A program made the translations under genes and the position numbers. A DNA stretch of 64,000 nt from NCBI GenBank assembly GCA_038212095.1, contig JBBQUW010000012.1:3526-67525 (forward strand), read 5' to 3'. Origin of the DNA: Gaiellales bacterium. Its GTDB lineage: Bacteria > Actinomycetota > Thermoleophilia > Gaiellales > JAICJC01. Below, in pieces: positions 60,301 to 64,000 of this stretch. Below the pieces are notes generated by a model that worked only from the letters and a program-made list of their open reading frames with translations, made no database searches and was not told where the DNA came from. Positions within the stretch are counted from its first letter, which is position 1. The number at the start of each line of letters is the position of its first letter.

Positions 60301-61437
60301 CCAAACGAGCTCCAGCGCGCGACCGAGATGCTCAGCCGCCTGGGCGACACAACCCACGCCGCGGAGGCCGAAGCCTACCGGGCCGCGTGGCTTGTCAACC
60401 ATAATCAAGCAGTTGAGTCCTACGAGCACATAAAGCACGCCTGCGAACTGCTCCGGGACGAACCGGACTCCCCCGAGAAGGCATTCGCCGTAGTCGGGCG
60501 AGGGCGAATCGGCTCCGAGCTCGGTGACCGCGACTGCTGGGATCACATCGTCGAGGGTCGAGCAATGGCGCAGCGGCTTGGGATCCCTGACCTTGAAGCG
60601 CGAACATTGTTTGTGATCGGTGAGGAGCGCCTGTTTCGCGACGATCCGGAGGGCTTGGTCGACATTGAGGCCAGTCTCGCTGTCGCTCGCACCCTCAGGT
60701 CGGGCCATGCCGTTCTCTGCAAGCTCTGCATCCATGGCGACTACCTGGCCCTCGGTCGTATCAGCGAGGCTCGCGAGCTTCATCTCGAGGCAATGCTGCA
60801 GGCCAGAGATCTCGGCCTTCGCACATACCAAGACGTGCTCCATGCCCAGTTTGCCCGCCTCAGCTTCGTCCTCGGCGACTTTGACGCAGCCCGAGTGACC
60901 GTAGAGGAGGCGCTGAGCTCTCTGACCGCCGGGGGTGATGTCGAGCGAAGCGGGACGCTGGTACTCGGCGACGAGGCGACGGTCGCGATCCGAGCGGTCA
61001 TGAATCTCGCTGACGGGCGACCCAAGGAGGCGAAGAGAGACGCCCGACTGTCCCTACAGGTCGCCCCGGCCGGCTCAACTAGCATGGCTTTGCCGCTGGC
61101 GTTGGCGAGCTTCGTTCACTGGTCGCTCGGCGACCCAACCGCTGCCGAAGGAACGGCAGACGAGTGGTTTGCGATGGTCGAAGCCGAGCGCATCTTTCTG
61201 ACCGGGTTCGCATGGCCATTCCTCGCCCAATCCCTGCGCAGCCTCCATCGCGAGCAGGATCTCTTGGCCGCGATCGCGCGGATCCGCGTCACGACACCCT
61301 GGGTCGAATCCGCCAGGCTGATCGCGACCGACCGCTTCGATGACGCCGCGAAGCTCCTCGTTAGTATCGGCGTATCCGATGCGTTCGTCGCCCTCGTGGG
61401 ACTCAGCGCCGAGCATGGCGCACATCGCACCACCTGA
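57394..61437 (+). CDS. AfsR/SARP regulator: wHTH-BTAD, class III adenylate cyclase, STAND ATPase, TPR-like helical C-terminus
   Basis: KQRALLALL/VYVSQLRK, ALGLWRG/PLRERL, FCDL/EKFIGDA/VNTAARL, GVPGIGKS/FEDLHWAD. Confidence 0.92.
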   Translation: MSASVEIGVLGSLVVCRDGTVVEVAAPKQRALLALLALEAPRAVSTDSLVDQLWEGEAPRSASTAVQVYVSQLRKALGKVAIATRPPGYALDVAVGGVDALAFEQLAAEGRSLVRSGEVEAAARVLNQALGLWRGQALAEFVYQGWAAGPAERLEELRVVAREDLVDARLGFGEAREMVAELEALVAAFPLRERLRGQLMLALYRAGRQADALAVYQDARRVLVDELGIDPSPGLAELERRILQQDPELGSTSMPLTAVISDTESDQARAARVDGSAGGGTQLSSAKADAPRRERKVVTILFCDLVEFTAAAEASDPEDVDVILGRYYAMARGEVERFGGTIEKFIGDAVMAVFGAPVAREDDPERAVRAALAIIERAASLRQEDATAHLEVRLGVTTGEALVKVDADTARGEAMVSGDVVNTAARLQAAAPIGGVLVDALTMRATAHAIQYGRNDPLVVKGKREPVSVWLALEALAVSGETNDSSVPLVGRAYELGALLNAFARTCEDESVQLLSLVGVPGIGKSRLVAELRQHVDTEPGLVTWLEGRSLAYGEGLALWALGEIVKGRCGVSEADPAKVAAEKVEATVTQLIDDPADAAWVAGQLAFLVGAEVAGATSGVTDRGEAFAAWQRFAESIADQGPTVMVFEDLHWADDALLDFIDLLADRASSVPLLVVCTARPELLQRRASWGGGKQNATTLSLAPLADQETGQLVTEFLGEDDALGEMKSRVIAQSEGNPLFIREYVRMLRDERASDSASAGSGSLPISIQGLIAARLDALSSEEKQVAQVASVIGRVSWIGAISHLRGTSPAGLDEILHRLERRQLFRRNRHTTIPGHVEVTFTHALIQDVTYHQIPRAERASYHRAAAEWIEGVSGERDDRLELLAHHLGAAASLDCQTGNEDARFAERASRALKSAGDRAASLGAYSAAANHYAAALALATEEDDLATGLLLLDRGKVLFQIAETFPNELQRATEMLSRLGDTTHAAEAEAYRAAWLVNHNQAVESYEHIKHACELLRDEPDSPEKAFAVVGRGRIGSELGDRDCWDHIVEGRAMAQRLGIPDLEARTLFVIGEERLFRDDPEGLVDIEASLAVARTLRSGHAVLCKLCIHGDYLALGRISEARELHLEAMLQARDLGLRTYQDVLHAQFARLSFVLGDFDAARVTVEEALSSLTAGGDVERSGTLVLGDEATVAIRAVMNLADGRPKEAKRDARLSLQVAPAGSTSMALPLALASFVHWSLGDPTAAEGTADEWFAMVEAERIFLTGFAWPFLAQSLRSLHREQDLLAAIARIRVTTPWVESARLIATDRFDDAAKLLVSIGVSDAFVALVGLSAEHGAHRTT

Positions 61438-61526
61438 ACCGACTCCCATTCACGGTACGCGAACGCACGAGTGCGGCGCCGAGCATCTGGATGCCCGGCG
61501 CCGTGGAGCGCGACAACTCGTTTGGT

Positions 61527-61802
61527 TTAGACGCTGAGCATCGGCTGGTTGGTGCAGGTGGAGGCCGGCGTCCGGGTGGCACTGGAGATCGCGAACTGGA
61601 AGTGGGCGTTGGGAAAGGGGCACAGCGGCGTTTGCATCGACCGAACGACCTGCGGGGCATCGGTCGCCGGGGCTTGCGTCGATGCGAAGAACGATTGCAC
61701 CGTGAGGGTGGTCAGGATGGCGAGCAGAAGGACAGCTGCGTAGCGCGCGATGCGCAGCACTGCCGGGGCGAGGTGATCGGTGGGGACGGTGGCCTGGTTC
61801 AT
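61527..61802 (-). CDS. small membrane-anchored/secreted protein with two cysteines
   Basis: RBS AAGGAG, one TM segment, own SARP-type promoter. Confidence 0.7.
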   Translation of the reverse strand: MNQATVPTDHLAPAVLRIARYAAVLLLAILTTLTVQSFFASTQAPATDAPQVVRSMQTPLCPFPNAHFQFAISSATRTPASTCTNQPMLSV

Positions 61803-61843
61803 GACTGCTCCTTGTGTTCGTTGGATTGTTCTGATCTGTGCTG

Positions 61844-61887
61844 AGTCTGCGATGCCGTGCTAAAGCCACGCTGATGGGCTGCTAAAG
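61844..61887 (-). promoter_or_regulatory. SARP-type direct-repeat promoter 2
   Basis: CTTTAG-N16-CTTTAG-N10-CAGACT. Confidence 0.7.
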
Positions 61888-62307
61888 CTGGCCTATGCGA
61901 GGTCGGGGGAGCCGAGCGATCGGCACGGACACGCGCTCGTGATCGCTCCCACGCCGGCTTGCTCGCCGAGCGGTTGAAGGCCGCTCTTCGGGCGGCGGTG
62001 GGTTTGGCGTGATCGGAGTAGTTGGCGCCGCTTGCGGGGAAAGTCGTATCCATGCAGCTGCGCCGAGCAGTCCGGCGCCAAGCAGCAGGGTGGGCAGGAA
62101 GGGGTCGGGCCACCCACCGGTGAGGTGGCGTGGCGGTGTGACGTAGCAGAGCGCGGGCGTGCAGGCGCGTCGCGGAGTCGTCTGGGTGAACGAGGCGGCG
62201 ATCCGGCCGGCAATCCGGGTTCGCAGAGTCTGCGCGGTGAGACTGCCGGCGATGATCGCCACAATCGTGAATACCGCTAGGGCGCGGCGAAGTCGTGCTT
62301 TGTTCAT
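61882..62307 (-). CDS. small two-TM membrane protein
   Basis: RBS GAGGAG, two hydrophobic helices, own SARP-type promoter. Confidence 0.6.
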   Translation of the reverse strand: MNKARLRRALAVFTIVAIIAGSLTAQTLRTRIAGRIAASFTQTTPRRACTPALCYVTPPRHLTGGWPDPFLPTLLLGAGLLGAAAWIRLSPQAAPTTPITPNPPPPEERPSTARRASRRGSDHERVSVPIARLPRPRIGQL

Positions 62308-62353
62308 GGCTCCTCCTCTGGATGGGATCGCCTTTGGGCGATCTGGTGGAGCC

Positions 62354-62397
62354 ACTGTCGAACAGCCCCCTAAAGCGGCAACAAGCGGCGGCTAAAG
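62354..62397 (-). promoter_or_regulatory. SARP-type direct-repeat promoter 3
   Basis: CTTTAG-N16-CTTTAG-N10-GACAGT. Confidence 0.7.
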
Positions 62398-62478
62398 CGA
62401 CGGGATCTGAAGCCCGGAGGTAAGGCCAGAGGGTCAACGCAGCTGAGCACGACCAGTGAGCCACGGGCGGCGGAAAGA

Positions 62479-62516
62479 GACAGCGGAGACCCCACCACGA
62501 CGGGGTCTCCGCTGTC
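62479..62516 (-). terminator. intrinsic terminator of peptide array
   Basis: 15-bp perfect stem GACAGCGGAGACCCC / GGGGTCTCCGCTGTC, followed by TCTTT on the minus strand. Confidence 0.8.
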
Positions 62517-62546
62517 AACGGGTTTGAACGGCTACTGGCAGAGCCG

Positions 62547-62648
62547 CTACTTCCAGTTGCTACCGCCAACAGTCGCGGCGATGCTGATCGCGGTTGCGGC
62601 GAGCAGGGCGAGGCGGGTGATGCGGTGGTTAGTGGTGATGCGGGTCAT
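62547..62648 (-). CDS. 33-aa peptide precursor D (MTRITTNHRITRLALLAATAISIAATVGGSNWK)
   Basis: RBS AAGGAG, 102 nt, TAG stop. Confidence 0.88.
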   Translation of the reverse strand: MTRITTNHRITRLALLAATAISIAATVGGSNWK

Positions 62649-62697
62649 GGTGTGCTCCTTCGCGGGTCGTTGAAGTGGGAAAGGCGCGGGATGTCGC

Positions 62698-62799
62698 CTA
62701 GCTCCAGTGGCTGCCGCCGACGGTGGCGGCGATGCTGATTGCGGTTGCGGCGAGCAGGGCGAGGCGGGCGAAGCGATGGTTGGTGGTGATACGGCTCAT
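62698..62799 (-). CDS. 33-aa peptide precursor C (MSRITTNHRFARLALLAATAISIAATVGGSHWS)
   Basis: RBS AGGAG, 102 nt, TAG stop. Confidence 0.88.
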   Translation of the reverse strand: MSRITTNHRFARLALLAATAISIAATVGGSHWS

Positions 62800-62847
62800 G
62801 ATGTGCTCCTGGTGGGTTGTTGAGGTGGCCGGGGCGCGGTATGAGGC

Positions 62848-62949
62848 CTAGCGCCAGTTGCTGTTGCCGATGGTGGCGGCGATGCTGATCGCGGTTGCGG
62901 CGAGCAGGGCGAGGCGGGTGAGGCGATAGTGGCGGGTGATACGGGTCAT
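62848..62949 (-). CDS. 33-aa peptide precursor B (MTRITRHYRLTRLALLAATAISIAATIGNSNWR)
   Basis: RBS AAGGAG, 102 nt, TAG stop. Confidence 0.88.
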   Translation of the reverse strand: MTRITRHYRLTRLALLAATAISIAATIGNSNWR

Positions 62950-62991
62950 GGTGAGCTCCTTTGATGGTGTTGAGGTGGTCGAGGCTCGGAT

Positions 62992-63093
62992 CTAATGCCA
63001 GTTGCTGCCGCCGACTGTGGCGGCGACGCTGATCGCGGTTGCAGCGAGGAGGGCGAGGCGAGTGAGTCGGTGGTTGCTGGTGATGCGGGTCAT
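62992..63093 (-). CDS. 33-aa peptide precursor A (MTRITSNHRLTRLALLAATAISVAATVGGSNWH)
   Basis: RBS AAGGAG, 102 nt, TAG stop. Confidence 0.88.
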   Translation of the reverse strand: MTRITSNHRLTRLALLAATAISVAATVGGSNWH

Positions 63094-63141
63094 GGTGTGC
63101 TCCTTCTGGTGTGGGTCGCGGTGTGCGTTCCTTGTGTGAGC

Positions 63142-63185
63142 AGTGTCGGGGGAGCGGCTAAAGCGGTGGCTATGGGCGGCTAAAG
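63142..63185 (-). promoter_or_regulatory. SARP-type direct-repeat promoter 4 (peptide array)
   Basis: CTTTAG-N16-CTTTAG-N10-GACACT. Confidence 0.7.
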
Positions 63186-63236
63186 CGGCGGCTCCGACTC
63201 GCTGACAGGGCCCGGTGAGCGGGGAGGGTTGCTTAG

Positions 63237-63313
63237 CTGACGGTTGCGAGCGTTGAGATCAGGTCGTTGGGGTCGCTTGAGGTGCCCGCGACGGTGTCGC
63301 CGTTGACGTGGCC
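63237..63313 (+). pseudogene. 5' remnant of a second SARP regulator gene
   Basis: ASVEIRSLGSLEV/RDGVAVDVA (one frameshift) versus ASVEIGVLGSLVVCRDGTVVEVA at 57394. Confidence 0.65.
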
Positions 63314-63420
63314 AAAACATTCGACGCCCCAAACGGGTGATCGGACGCGGGTCTACCGGTGTGAGCTCCCTATATTCATAGTCCTGTCCGTTACTGGCGC
63401 AATCTGGCGTCGGCAGACGA

Positions 63421-63457
63421 TAGAGTACCGAACATGTGTACCCCGAACATACGTACC
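63421..63457 (+). promoter_or_regulatory. -10 element followed by two LexA-box-like sites
   Basis: TAGAGT, then CGAACATGTGTACC and CGAACATACGTACC (consensus CGAAC-N4-GTTCG). Confidence 0.55.
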
Positions 63458-63480
63458 CCTAGCCCGGAAGGAGCCTCGCT

Positions 63481-64000
63481 GTGAGTCGGCGTCGGAAGGG
63501 CACCAAGAAGGCCGAAGCGGTCTCGCATGTGCGCGGCTCGACGTTCTTTTCGAAGGATCCCAAGCTGTCGCAGACTTACTACGTGCTGAAGTGCCTGCGC
63601 GAGCAGCCGCAGTTCTGGGACGAGTTCGTGCTCGAGACGACGGTGGTCAATGAGATGGGTCGCAAGCGCGAGCCGGGGCTTTGGGGGCCGGCGTTCCTCA
63701 CCTTCATGATGTCGGGCGAGACGGCCATGCAGAAGTTCGCCGACACCCACATCTCTGACCGCATCTGGACTGAGTTGCTCGGGTTTGTCGAGCCGCCTGA
63801 TCGCCAGACTGTTTACTTGCGGTTCGTCGAGATGGAGAAGCTCGAGCGGATGCTCGAGGCACGCGACGGGATCGGCCCCTTCGCCAAGCTGCGAAACCGG
63901 TTGATCCAGCATGCCATGAAGCATGACCCTGAGATCCTGCGCGACGTGATCTTCGACGGCACCTCGGTGCAGACCCATTCCGCTCTTCACAAGGTGGCCG
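63481..64000 (+). CDS. DDE transposase (IS4/IS5-like), partial
   Basis: RBS GAAGGAG, GTG start; LLGFVEPPDRQTVYLRF and VIFDGTSVQTH (first catalytic Asp). Runs off the window. Confidence 0.65.
   Translation, partial: MSRRRKGTKKAEAVSHVRGSTFFSKDPKLSQTYYVLKCLREQPQFWDEFVLETTVVNEMGRKREPGLWGPAFLTFMMSGETAMQKFADTHISDRIWTELLGFVEPPDRQTVYLRFVEMEKLERMLEARDGIGPFAKLRNRLIQHAMKHDPEILRDVIFDGTSVQTHSALHKVA

Noticed and set aside
62547-63093. About 150-bp periodic repeats considered as a CRISPR array or non-coding tandem repeat
   Set aside because: Units are about 100 nt, vary mostly at codon third positions, and each has RBS, ATG and TAG. There are no cas genes. They are peptide genes.

Overview
High-GC actinobacterial-type DNA. 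The chemotaxis genes and gene style suggest a motile Thermoleophilia/Gaiellales-like host, which is inference only. Five zones: (1) 1-15.4 kb is the right end of an integrative conjugative element. It carries SCO6880-like, VirB6-like, pilin-like and lytic transglycosylase genes, SSB, two tyrosine recombinases and a cargo FAD monooxygenase, and ends at a duplicated tmRNA 3' end. Three of its operons share a sigma28-like promoter followed by a conserved base-paired leader. (2) 16-31 kb holds stress, transport and signalling genes (Dps, NhaA-DsbA, MFS, histidine kinase, GGDEF, MCP-CheW). (3) 31-50 kb is an aromatic/amine catabolic cluster. (4) 50-57 kb is a decaying defence island (HsdM, truncated HsdS, E1/ThiF plus JAB, GIY-YIG). 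(5) 57-64 kb is the most notable part: five unannotated paralogous 33-aa peptide genes (signal-like N-terminus, variable 6-aa C-terminal tail) flank a 1347-aa SARP/adenylate-cyclase/STAND/TPR-like regulator. Four promoters there share CTTTAG-N16-CTTTAG-N10-(-10) direct repeats with SARP-like geometry. This is a candidate undescribed peptide-signalling circuit. A remnant of a second regulator copy is followed by a DDE transposase preceded by LexA-like boxes.
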